From NCBI GenBank assembly GCA_051362555.1, contig CM120644.1:876954-940953 (forward strand): a stretch of 64,000 bases of DNA, given 5' to 3'. Both the position numbers and the translations under genes were made by a program. Source of the stretch: Lingula anatina. Taxonomy: Eukaryota > Animalia > Brachiopoda. Below, piece after piece: positions 12,877 to 24,142 of the stretch. The notes beneath the pieces were generated by a model. That model did not search any database. It was not told where the DNA came from and was given only the letters and a program-made list of their open reading frames with translations. Every line of letters starts with the position of its first letter. Within the stretch, counting starts at the first letter, position 1.

Positions 12877-13447
12877 ATGGAGAAACAGCAGGGAGCGTTA
12901 TAAGACCGATGAGCTCGCGGTGTTGGTGGCGGAGGTATCGTGTAGACCTCCAGTATTTGGCCCCTTCACCAACACCGTGACTCTAAAGTCCAAAGAAAAA
13001 CAATGGGCTGAAGTTGCCGAAAAGTAAGTTGAATAATTATGATTAACAGTCCTCTTCCTTTAATCGTAGTCTGTATGCCATTATATCCATTAGGCCCCCT
13101 ATATTTAATTATTGCTTATTGATGATTTAGTTTGGTATGTTGATGTAGTTATTCAATAAAAGTAAATGTAATTGCTCTCTATTAACACATCTTGACATAG
13201 TCATGTAGGCCCACATGTATGATGAAGCAATAAAGTGGTGATTCTTATTTTTTTTATTAAAATTATGAATACTTTCCTTCTAGAGTTAACCGTATTTCAC
13301 ATATAAAGAGGAGTTTCCGAGAGGTCAGGAAAAAATGTCATGACCTCACGTCTCGCACTAAGCGCAAAGAGGCCAAACGCCGAGCAGCAATGCGGCAGAC
13401 AGGTGGTGGTGTGGGGCCCAGTCCACTGTCAGAGTGGGAGAAGAACG
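12877..13447 (+). pseudogene. Harbinger Myb/SANT-like DNA-binding protein relic (2 exons)
   Basis: RERYKTDELAVLVAEV...KSKEKQWAEVAEK, intron GTAAGT...AG, then VNRISHIKRSFREVRKKCHDL...RQTGGG. The start region appears frameshifted. Confidence 0.7.
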
Positions 13448-14516
13448 TGTTATTTTGTTATTTTGTATTTTGTTATTAAAAATGAATTTTTATATTAAAT
13501 TGCATAATGGCTAACTTCGTTTTATATTTAATTGCTTAAAGAACCTCAAGATGATATTAAGTAGAGTAATTAACTTAGACTCTGTGAATATGAATACTTA
13601 AACACTGAGTTTCACAGAGATACCCTATTGGAATGTCCAATCACCAGGAGGCATTTTTTATACATAGGGCCTACATATATCTCTATATATTTATACTGAT
13701 CAGGTAATAGAGATAATTGGAGAAACTGCATTAGAGGGTATCTAATACATTTGACTGTATTATTTTTTCCTTTAATTTATGCAATTTCTTTTTGATAATT
13801 TTTCAGTATTTTTCATTCAGTAATTTACAATATTTGAATCAGTTTGATCATTCAGTACTGTCTTTTAAACTTAGTTTATGACCTCAGCAAAGAACTAGAA
13901 TTTGTTACAAATCTTTTATAAGGGACAGTTTTCATTTGCTTTTGTCCTTGAAAAGGACTTTATTTTTATATTGTACTTATTCACCTTAAGTTAGACAAGA
14001 ATATACATTTAGGAAATTGTTTATAAAATTATTTTTATATTTTATTTTATATTTTCATCATGTTATTGTTTCATAAAATAAAAAAAAATTATGTTAAATA
14101 TAACTTGACTGTCTGTTTTGTTTCTTACATTAACTTAAAATTGATTTTATTTTGCCCTGATTGCATTGAATGTGTACTTCAAAAGTAATTGACTTAAAGT
14201 ATCAGTCTTTTTGATTCCTGAAATTCGTTATTAAATTCCCTGCATGAACACTAGCTGTTATATTAAATCAAATTTTTACACCTTTGTTATTTTGTACACT
14301 TATTTTAAATTTCAGTTCTTAGTATTATATGCAAAATATGTATGCAAAATATAATTAAATATGACATTTTAAAGAGAAAATCAGTTTTCGTTGTTTTATT
14401 TAATTTTTAATGAAAAAATAATCCTTAATCATCCCTCAATGATTCATAAATGATCCAACTGAGAGTTAGATAAAAATACCAGGAGCATATGGAAGTGTGT
14501 GTGAGACTCAGAGATC

Positions 14517-14702
14517 CTATGCAAGTACACGTAAAGCAGCAAGAACTTGGGTAGTAAGTGATAGTGCTCGGGACCTCGTAGTCGGTCTTTTCAAAGGTAC
14601 TTCAATAATATTGGTCAGTTTGAGCACATTCTCCTGCGTCATGCGGTATCTCTGATGAAAAATATGGGGTTGGAACTCTACCATAGGACCTATATGTCTC
14701 AC
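14517..14702 (-). pseudogene. Harbinger transposase N-terminal fragment
   Basis: FHQRYRMT...LKRPTTRSRALSLTTQVLAALRVLA matches the HARBI1-like N-terminal pattern; the DDE core is absent. Confidence 0.75.
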
Positions 14703-16074
14703 ACACCTTCTTTTAGCATTTTCCTGGCATTTTTCTCTTATAACAATAAACTAGCCGTAAGGACGATTTCACTATAATGACCAAGTACGCATGCATAAAC
14801 ACACTTGCGTCTAGTTTGTATCGCCGCAAATAATAGCCTCGAAACTAATGGTGATTTGGACAATTAGCGCACAGCTGGGATTTGCGAAGCTTTCGAGATA
14901 CGGGATAGCGCACGCTAGCCATGATAGCGAAGTCGCTCAAAATAGCGATGCTTTCGAGATACGGGATAGCGCACGCTAGCCATGCTAGAGCGCGTGCGCA
15001 ACATAGCGAACCTTTCGAGATTCCGAGCCCTGGCGTACATGGCGAAGTCGACTGCCTCTTTTATATTCCACATCTAGCTATAAAACCCAATTACTTGTAT
15101 AAACAGCGAATTGGTACGCGGTATATAGAAATATCCAGGTCAAAAGGTTCATGACACCACTGAATGAGTGCCGGATGCGGATTCAGATAACTAGTGAATA
15201 AACCATCTGTGGCTCAGGTTATTGGATCGTTTTTCACATCCTTCCATGGGGACCGATTTTTTGTTCCACGCACTTTCAAAAGACACGCTTTAATCTAGTT
15301 TTTGGAATCGAAAACAAGTTCAGCTAAGGTCACATCATAACACTGGACCATTGTCTGCTGAATGTCTAATTGCATCAATAACTGCATCAACACTTCCTGG
15401 TAAAAAAGTTTTGTGACTTGATCATCGATAAAGGAAACTATGCCTGCTTTGTGAATATTTCTGCAATTAATTGGCAGCATGAATAAATAATGGTTTATGT
15501 CAATATTATCAATACGGAAACTAAACAGGTGCGTATTTTACCTCCCCCAAAAAGTAACCCATCAAATCTGAGATGGCAAAACTATAGAACTTTAAGAATA
15601 TGCATTCCCTAGGACAGAAGGTCTCTGGAATGTCAGAGTGAAGACATTATTTTTGTTGAATAATCTGCTGCACTGTGGAACCTGATGGAGAATAAACTCC
15701 ATCTGAAGTGTTAGTTGAGGGTTAAGAATACTGAAATGACAGATGTGCGGAATAAGGCGCTAGGAATAGAAGACTTTTCAGGTATACTAGCAGGCTTAGT
15801 CGTAACCAATTTACAAAACAGTCATAATCGACTGAACGTCGTATATGATGCTTTTTAAAATTAACTCTAACTGAACGTTGTTCTCCATGTTGTTAGGGTC
15901 TCTCTTGGCAACATGTCCACATAAAAAGACTGTTTTACTTATTTTCTGTGAATGAACATGTCTCTTTTTCTATTATTGTTATTGCTTTCTTGGAGTATAT
16001 ATTTTGAAGTTGTTGAAAATAAAACAACGCTGTCGTCATTTCAGGCTTCTAGCTGACCCGTAGACAAGTTCAAC

Positions 16075-19000
16075 ATGGAGTCAGAAACAGGTTCAGGTAA
16101 GAAGTTGAGGACAGTAGTTGTGTTAATGCCGGTGTGGCAGGAGTGCACGTCCTAGTAACGCAAGTCCGCCCGGACACTAAGTCCTGGGAATGCAAGTCCT
16201 AGGGCATGTATTGCTAGGTATGGAAGTCCTAGGACATACGTTTCTAAGATTTAATGTTCGTAGGACAAAGGCTCCCAAGTAGTGCAAGTCCTACGTGTAG
16301 TAATGCACGTCCTAATGGGACGTGAGTTCCTGACATTTTAGTAACGCATGTCCTATATAGTTTATCCCAAGAAATGAAATGAATAAATAAATATAGAGAC
16401 ATACTAGTTTTAAAAATATAATAAACGTTTGCTTTATTCTATTTATATGACATTTTATATTTATATTTTACAATGTTTTCCGATAGGCAGTTTATATGCA
16501 TATTAATGAAAAAACAAAAGCAATTAATTTATTTTATGTGTATTCTTCATCTAGTAAACCCAAATTTTGACTTGTTAAAACGCATATTTTTGGCATACTC
16601 CTCCCTCAGTGCACAATATGTCTGAGCCTGGTTTGCCCGATATTTTTTTCACAAAATAATTCACCATCCAAAGGCATCCCTTATTTTCATCCCGTGAGGT
16701 ATATGTACAGTGTATATTATTTTATGTCCTTTTCTACTGGAGTGTACCTTTTGTGTTTTGTGTCGAAATTCTTATTTTCTCTCCCTCTCTCTCTTTTTCA
16801 AAACCTTAGTTTCCTAAGAGAAAAATCACTTTACACAAAACACGGGATCTCCGTTCTTAGATTTATTTTTCGGTTTACACTGAAATTGAAAAATAACCTC
16901 AAACTCGCTGGAAATTTGCTCTTGGAAAGTATGGACGGAGATTTAAGACAAATCAAGACAGTTAAGAAATTGAAAATTGCAATATATGTATATAATGTTC
17001 TGTAATAACCCTTTGCTATTTTGGTGCTTTGATACTTAAAAGACAAAACAAAAAAGTTGTAAATGTAATGAGCACGGAATTTCGAACACATATTAGACAT
17101 TAAAAACACCATTAAACATTTTGCTACAAGTAATAAATAGGGGTAAGAGGGGGGTATGGTCAAGTCAAAGATAGGTCTCGAACCCATAGATACAATAGAA
17201 CGATTGATGATATCTTACCTCGTAGTCTTGCACACTAACCACTAGACAGACGAGCTGAAGTTGCAAACCTCTCATTTTTTGTCTGATATATGGCTCACCA
17301 GAAGGATTTCATATACATTTATAGTTTTATCATTTAACGGTGATGTTGCCTAAGAATAGGACTTTCAAATGGCTGGAATGTAACAGGAATAAAAGTCCGA
17401 CAGTAGTACAAGTCCTACCTACTCTAATTATGAGCCAGGAACCTAATCCCTGTAGGACTACTATTCCCAAGTAATGTTAGTCTTATGGACCTCGGTTCCT
17501 GGGGGACTTGGATTACTGTTACATGTACACCGGGTAAATTAATGCAACAGAGGTGGTTATTCTTACACTAGAGCAGCAAATTTGTGCCAATTATTGGTTT
17601 GAGGATGTAATGTAAAACATTTCTTCACGACATAACATTAAGGTCAAACACATTGTCAGCTTTGAATATTTATTTTTAGTTAGTATCTGTAATCCGCCAT
17701 GAATTCTCGCAACCTCGTTTGTTGATGCGTTTAACAGTTTAATTCATTTTTACGTTTTCTCAGTTAATCTATCTAGATTTCTTCATTTGTATTTTAAAAT
17801 TTTATAAAGCGTGCCTAAGTCAAAATAAAAAAGCAATTAAAAGTTTAAAAAGATAAAATAATTTAAAAATAATGCGAATTTTATTTTATTTACATGCTTA
17901 TTGCATAATCAAATTAAAATTAATATCTACAAGTGTTCCATTTAGGTGAAATGCAACAATTTTGAAAACGTATTCAACTTATTTTCCTTTTGAGACAGTT
18001 TCTCAACACTTTTTAGGTCGAATCGAATACGGAGAATTAAAAAAAAGTCCTACTTATATTAATATCCTGCTGATTTGTTGTAATGAGCGACATTTGAAAA
18101 ACATTGTCGTTAGATTGCTCCTATTTTAACCTTCCCTGTATGATTATAATCATTGCACCAAATGCCATTTCATCTGCTTTCTGAAAGTACCTATGTTTTA
18201 TGTATAGATGAATTTCTAATTATCTTAATAATCTTGTGATCCTATTTGTTATCAACTGACAATGATAAAGAAGACAGACATGGTCATCATCCATATTATA
18301 TGAATGCATACTGTACAGCCTGCAAATTTCACCTTGAGTAATGAAAAAGGCAAAACAAAAAAATTTGCAACTGCATACTGTTACAACAACAAAAAGGGTA
18401 TGAGATAAGGACAATGGAATATGTGTTATAAGAACTTTATATTTACATGTATTATATGTGACGTTGAAACTTTTTAATGCCAACGCGAAAATAACTAATG
18501 TGAAGTTGGTTTGATGAAACAAAAAATCAGTAAAGACTGACTTCTGCTGAAGCCATTAACAAACGTCAACCAAAGTTTTTATGTATGCAAGGATTATTTC
18601 CTCATAGGTTGGCTACTATAAGGTTTTTTTGTTTTATTGCTAAACTTGTCTTTTTGTTTATATACATGTTTTAACATGTCATGTATGTTTCTTCTAATTA
18701 TTGTTCAATTTTATACCATTTGCATGTGTTAGTCTTCGTTTGTTTTTGTATCTCCCCTATCTTAGTGTGACGTGTCCTTCGATGCATGCAGCACAGGGGG
18801 ATTCCAATTCGATATCAATATGAATACCTTCCATGTGGTAATGAATCAATGTGATCTAGGATAATAATGATCAAATCTTCATTTTGAATTCAAAAGAAGA
18901 ATTTACTGGTCATTTTCAATAAGACGAAATTTAACATATGTCTTTCTTTCAGATTCATGTCCTCAAGTGGACTCCACTGAGTCGTCAACTACGGACGTAG

Positions 19001-22000
19001 TAGACACCCAGCATTTATATCCTCCATTACCAACTGAAGAGACAATGAATACACAGACCACAGTGACAGGTCTTGCAAGTGTTGATGTGGGAACCAGTTC
19101 AGGTAATACCCTTTCCCTCCCTCCCTCTCTCCCTCCCCCCTCTCTCTCTTAGCTCTGTGTCACCGCATCAGGGCCTCCGTCGACGTCACTTTTCTGACGT
19201 CAGCATAACACCATTTTGACCTATGGCTCTGTCTCCACACCTGGGCTACATGTACCACGAGGACATATAAATAGAGTACCTGCCATGACCAGATGACCAT
19301 TTGTGATGTCTAACTTTATATTTTATGCGTGATGGAGTGCCTCAGTTAGATGTGACTGCCTGTTTTCTTTAACAAAATCGACTCAGTTAACCGTGCAGTT
19401 ATCATATACATGTATATATTGTGTTGCTTCGGGCCCGTCATTTAGATTACCTTTGAAAATATTTAAATTTGAGGCGTTCGTATGGTACTCATGGTTATGG
19501 GTGTATCTATTTATTATTGAAATTATAATACCCCCACAGATGTTATGCTTTGCCCTGGTTAGTTTTTAATTTAACGATCTACTTGTTGTAACTCAAAAAG
19601 TTTTAAAAGGACACATTTCAATAAAAAATACAGGATCAGCCAGAAATGTGCTGATCTAGAATCAACTGAACTTTAAAAAACGCTCAATATATTCATTACC
19701 AATGGGAAATGAGCTGACTTGGCGTGGGTCTGCACCCTTTGATGGTTTTATTTCCAGTCATTATTTTTTTCAGTAACAAGTGCTAGATGCATGGGATTTC
19801 AATTCGATATCAATATGAATACCTTCCATGTGGTAATGAATTAATGTGATCTTGGATTAAAAAATAATCAAATCTTCATTTCACATATTCAAAATATGAC
19901 TAAACTAAACGTTTTCAATAATACTAGAATTAAACATATATTTTTATATTATATTCTATAGGCAAACATGCGATAGGAGACGCCAGAACAGACAAGTCAG
20001 AAGTTAATCCTGCAAAACGTGAGTCATGTCAGCCGTCATGTATTCTTATGACCAACAATGTCTGATACAGTTCGTCAACAATACCATATCCCTATTAACT
20101 TGATCATTGTTTAGTTTGCTGTGTTGTAAAAATGGGAATTTTAGTCGTTCACGTTTTCTTTTCATATAGCTTGGTTGGATTTTGATGCCATGTGAGGCAT
20201 ACTTTTACAATAATGAAATTAAACTTATACATATTCCCAAAAATGAAAACCGTAAACTTTCCAGAAGGATATTTAAATAATCCATTCTGGACAAAATTAA
20301 ATAAAAAGAACTACATTTAAATTTAAAATTGCATCGTTTTAACAAGTGTGATACCTACTGAATTTGTTTATTTTGCCTCATATTTTTTTATTCTAAGAAC
20401 TACATACACTGTAGTTGAAAGAAATATACTTTTTTTGCAGGCAGCAAACTCCATACGACCGAACCAGATGCTGCCTTTTGTCAGGTACATTCAGAATTTT
20501 CATCACTCAGCCTAAATTGTTTTTGCTTCGTTGGGGGGAGGGGGTATTTTAAGGACCCATTTAATTCCACTCTGTATACAGGGGCATAAAATGTGCACTA
20601 CGTTTGTATATCTTATACCCCCTTTACACTGGACGGCGTCCTTCCTACGTCCTTTCTGCGATCATGAAATTTGGCATTGCTGTGGTCTTAATAAGGAGGC
20701 ACGAGCATTGATTTTGTATAAGAATGAATGCTCAATGATCGACCAGTTGTAGGCACGTAAAGTATTATAATTTTTAACTCTTAAATGGGGCCGTGCTACT
20801 GGACGCAGAAAGGACGCCGTCCAGTGTAAAGGGGGCTTTAGTTAATCTTATACTTCACATGTGGTATATTTATTTGTGCTGAGCTGTCGTTCTCTGTATT
20901 CACTTTATTTCTCTTTAATACTTTAAGTTACCAGGCATATGTTGCACTATACTTTATAGTCTTATTTAGCTTTTCACAATGAATATAGGAAACCACCAAC
21001 CTGCTTTTCCAACTTTTTCATTGTATTGTTCATGAATAAGAACTACTAGCAGGTGGCACTCATGTTTTTCAATTTCAGCTTTAAGTTTCATTTCAGTTTC
21101 TAATATTAGCACAAAAACTTAAAATTGTCTTCTAATTATCAGGTACCTGTAATGAGCCCAACACACAAAAACCTGTTGGTACAAATGCGCCAAATGCTGA
21201 TAACAGATCTCCAAGTTGAGGGCATCATCCCGGATATGGTGGCCAGCGGCATCCTTAGTAAACTTAATGCAGATAAGATAAAGGCTCAAAAGACGGAACA
21301 AGACCAAGCTTTTGAATTTCTCTGTATTCTACCGAAATGTGGTCCTCGTGCATTTGACACCTTTGTTGAAGTGTTGAGAAAACACAACAAAAAAGAACTT
21401 GCAGGTTCGTTAGCAGAAAAGGCGACCAGTTGTTGTAGTAAAAACCAAATAGCAAACGTTTACATCAATCATATGAGCCAGATACAGCGACTTCCCTGGG
21501 ACCCCGACGATACAATGCACATGGACGATGTGTATGTTAACTTACAATGGGTACAAGAAAAAAGAGAACCCAAAGGCATAAGTTGTAATTCAGTTGAAAG
21601 TTACACCTCAATATTTAAAAATACTGAACAAGGCAAAAAACCAAAAAGAATATTGGTCAGAGGCAAAGCAGGTATTGGCAAAACCACTTTTACACAGAAG
21701 ATGGCAACAGACTGGGCAAATGCCACACTAGGATTGAAAGACTGTAACAATGTTCTGTCAAAATATAAACATCTTATCATATTAAATCTACGCAGCATTC
21801 AGCCTGGTCAAACACTGAAAGAAGCAATTGAAATACAAATTCCTTGTTCTGAAGAAAATACGAAAGCAGTGGTAGAGGAGACCATGCATGCTCTAGACTT
21901 TGACGGTGACCAAGTGCTATTGGTCTTTGACGGTTATGATGAATACGACCCCAAGACTTCACAAGAAATTAGAGATGTCATCAATCGCAGACGATACCAG

Positions 22001-24142
22001 GATGTATGCACCATCATCACAACTCGTCCATGGAAAGCAGTAGAGTTGATGAACAGACGTATTATGGACAGTGTGTATGAAATCACTGGGCTAACAGAGG
22101 GCAATATAGCTCAGTATGCTGCAAATTTCTTTGATGACAAAGAAACATATGATGAATACCTGAAATTGGAGAACATGACTAGAGAAGAAATCCGTGATTT
22201 TGAAGAAGCTCATGATATTCGTATTGATCATTTTGAGTGTTGTTGGGACACATATGGTGAAATAGGGAAGGGTCTTTTAGGATACCTAAGGAAAATGAAT
22301 CTCATGTCCCTTGCAAATATACCAATACTTTTACTGTTCATTTGTCTTTTGTGGGAAGATTCTAAGAAAGATTCACTTTTAGGTTCCTACACACTGCTAT
22401 ATGAGAACCTTATACACTTGCTCATAAGACGAAGACATGGAATCATTTCACAGGAAAAATTGGATGAAAAGTTGGGAGAATTCAAGGGGGCCTTTTTCAA
22501 GCTTGGTAAGCTGGCTTTAGAGGGTCTGTTTAAACCAGATGGGGGTCTTGTATTTGATGAAGAAGACTTGAAATCGATTCCAAACATCAGTGAGTTGTAC
22601 AGTTTAGGTCTCCTCAACAAGTCCAAAGTACATTGTAACTTTGATGTGAAATATCAAGTAACATTTCCTCATAAAACCATCCAAGAACTATTTGCTGCAA
22701 AATACCTTTCTTGGACAATAAGTGAAAAGGATCATGTTTTAGATGAATTTTTAGGACGCTTAAACACCCTTGACAGGCTCTACGACATGAACTATGTGCT
22801 GTGCTTCTTATGTGGGTTATCAGAGCAGGCGATTGGCAAAGTGCGACCTAGAGTTCAAGAGCTGGCAAAGATGGATGCAACTCTAAAACACATTTATTCT
22901 CCAAATACTGGAGGTGAAACCAGTATTTTCTACAACAGACATACCATCTCGCTGTATTATCCCTTTGACAGTAATATTGCTGACTCATACATTCAATATT
23001 TTAACGATCTCCTCCTAGAACACTGGTATGCCCACTGTACCCAGGAAAGTGATTTGACTCCTGAGCTTGCCCTCTGGCACACCATACTCCGCATACCACA
23101 CTCCTTTAGACACTATGATCCCAGATTTCAGGAGGTCTTGGACAACAGTTTACGCAATAATAAACAGATATGGAAAAATGTATTCCAAGATGCCAATACT
23201 GTCATTTCTGACTGCAAACCATACTCATGGGACGACGAATTTGAAAGGCATGAAATACAGCAAATGGAAGATAAAACGATCCCCTTATTAATGATGTGTA
23301 AAGTATTCAGGAATCTTTCATTTGTATTTTGGGATGATAGCCAAAAATGTAATAATCTCGGTACCGATGCTATAAAACATGTATTGTCCAATGCGCCTAA
23401 CTTAAACACACTTTGTATCGATAGAGACTTTGATAGTTCATACCTATCTTTAATACAAAACCCCGCAAATTTCCGCAACCTGCTTGTTAGACAATGGAAG
23501 GATCTTAGTGAAGCACCAGAACCAGTTAGTGAAGCACCAGAACCAGTAGACACTCAGATCCTTAGGCAGATGTCAGCATTGAAGTGTTTACATTTAGAAC
23601 GCGTTACATGTCAAAACTTGAAAAAAGACATAGGAGGTCAGCTGCCGTTCAGTCGTGGTCTGACGCACTTAGCGATTATTGATTTTCTCCTTACTGCTGA
23701 GTGTGTTATGATACTAGGGAAGAACCTTCAATATGTGTCAGGACTGGAACAAATAAAACTGGAAGGTGTATTTGATTGGAAATATATCACCTACTTTTAC
23801 CAGCTTTTCGAGTATGACAATTGTCCATATATTGATCAGGTTGAGAATGAAGAACATGGGTGCCCGGATGTTTGTGAAGCTGTGTTTGAACTGGGCCACG
23901 GTGTGACACACACTCCTAAGCTGAAACACTTCTCATTGGCAGACAATAAGTTGGGTTTGCACTGTGGTATTACCAGACCACTCACAGCATTGGTGCAATC
24001 TCTATGTACAGTGTCAGAGCAGATCGGAATGGAGATTGACTTATCTCGTAATTGGGAAGACAGAGTAGACGGCCTCAAGGAGCAGATAGAGTGCATTGTC
24101 AGGTCATACCCACACGTGACCCTGACCTTTAAGTGGAGGTAG
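16075..24142 (+). CDS. NLR-2: Ser/Thr-rich leader-CARD-NACHT-LRR-like protein, about 1090 aa, 5 coding exons
   Basis: Exons 16075-16096, 18953-19102, 19962-20018, 20441-20484 and 21143-24142 with phases 1,1,1,0. Exons 3-5 are clear paralogues of NLR-1 exons 3-5. The first two exons are inferred from splice sites and phase only. Confidence 0.75.
16129..17533. mobile_element. Probable non-autonomous TIR element in NLR-2 intron 1
   Basis: CCGGTGT...ACACCGG ends with many subterminal AAGTCCTAGG / AGGAC repeats at both ends; TSD not resolved. Confidence 0.45.
20618..20835. mobile_element. MITE with TIR CCCCCTTTACACTGGACGGCGTCC
   Basis: Perfect inverted terminal repeat of about 24 bp. Confidence 0.8.
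21143..24142 (+). CDS. NLR-2 terminal exon: CARD-NACHT-LRR-like
   Basis: Part of ORF 21125-24142; GKAGIGKT, LLVFDGYDE, ITTRP and FPHKTIQELFAA intact. Confidence 0.92.
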   Translation, partial: VPVMSPTHKNLLVQMRQMLITDLQVEGIIPDMVASGILSKLNADKIKAQKTEQDQAFEFLCILPKCGPRAFDTFVEVLRKHNKKELAGSLAEKATSCCSKNQIANVYINHMSQIQRLPWDPDDTMHMDDVYVNLQWVQEKREPKGISCNSVESYTSIFKNTEQGKKPKRILVRGKAGIGKTTFTQKMATDWANATLGLKDCNNVLSKYKHLIILNLRSIQPGQTLKEAIEIQIPCSEENTKAVVEETMHALDFDGDQVLLVFDGYDEYDPKTSQEIRDVINRRRYQDVCTIITTRPWKAVELMNRRIMDSVYEITGLTEGNIAQYAANFFDDKETYDEYLKLENMTREEIRDFEEAHDIRIDHFECCWDTYGEIGKGLLGYLRKMNLMSLANIPILLLFICLLWEDSKKDSLLGSYTLLYENLIHLLIRRRHGIISQEKLDEKLGEFKGAFFKLGKLALEGLFKPDGGLVFDEEDLKSIPNISELYSLGLLNKSKVHCNFDVKYQVTFPHKTIQELFAAKYLSWTISEKDHVLDEFLGRLNTLDRLYDMNYVLCFLCGLSEQAIGKVRPRVQELAKMDATLKHIYSPNTGGETSIFYNRHTISLYYPFDSNIADSYIQYFNDLLLEHWYAHCTQESDLTPELALWHTILRIPHSFRHYDPRFQEVLDNSLRNNKQIWKNVFQDANTVISDCKPYSWDDEFERHEIQQMEDKTIPLLMMCKVFRNLSFVFWDDSQKCNNLGTDAIKHVLSNAPNLNTLCIDRDFDSSYLSLIQNPANFRNLLVRQWKDLSEAPEPVSEAPEPVDTQILRQMSALKCLHLERVTCQNLKKDIGGQLPFSRGLTHLAIIDFLLTAECVMILGKNLQYVSGLEQIKLEGVFDWKYITYFYQLFEYDNCPYIDQVENEEHGCPDVCEAVFELGHGVTHTPKLKHFSLADNKLGLHCGITRPLTALVQSLCTVSEQIGMEIDLSRNWEDRVDGLKEQIECIVRSYPHVTLTFKWR

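Larger units (their letters stand above)
12664..15029. mobile_element. Internally deleted PIF/Harbinger DNA transposon
   Basis: About 64-bp TIRs (GGCTCGGAATCTCGAAAGG...) with 3 mismatches and a CTG target duplication. Contains a + strand Myb/SANT-like gene relic and a - strand HARBI1-type transposase N-terminal relic. Confidence 0.9.

Noticed and set aside
17150-17250. tRNA-like A/B boxes on the minus strand (TAGTGGTTAG...GGTTCGAGACC)
   Set aside because: No convincing cloverleaf; at best a decayed SINE or TE-internal sequence.
8021-24096. Minus-strand ORFs recurring in both NLR exons (for example 8367/21601 and 9009/22387)
   Set aside because: Antisense shadows of the paralogous coding exons; their similarity follows from the sense-strand homology.
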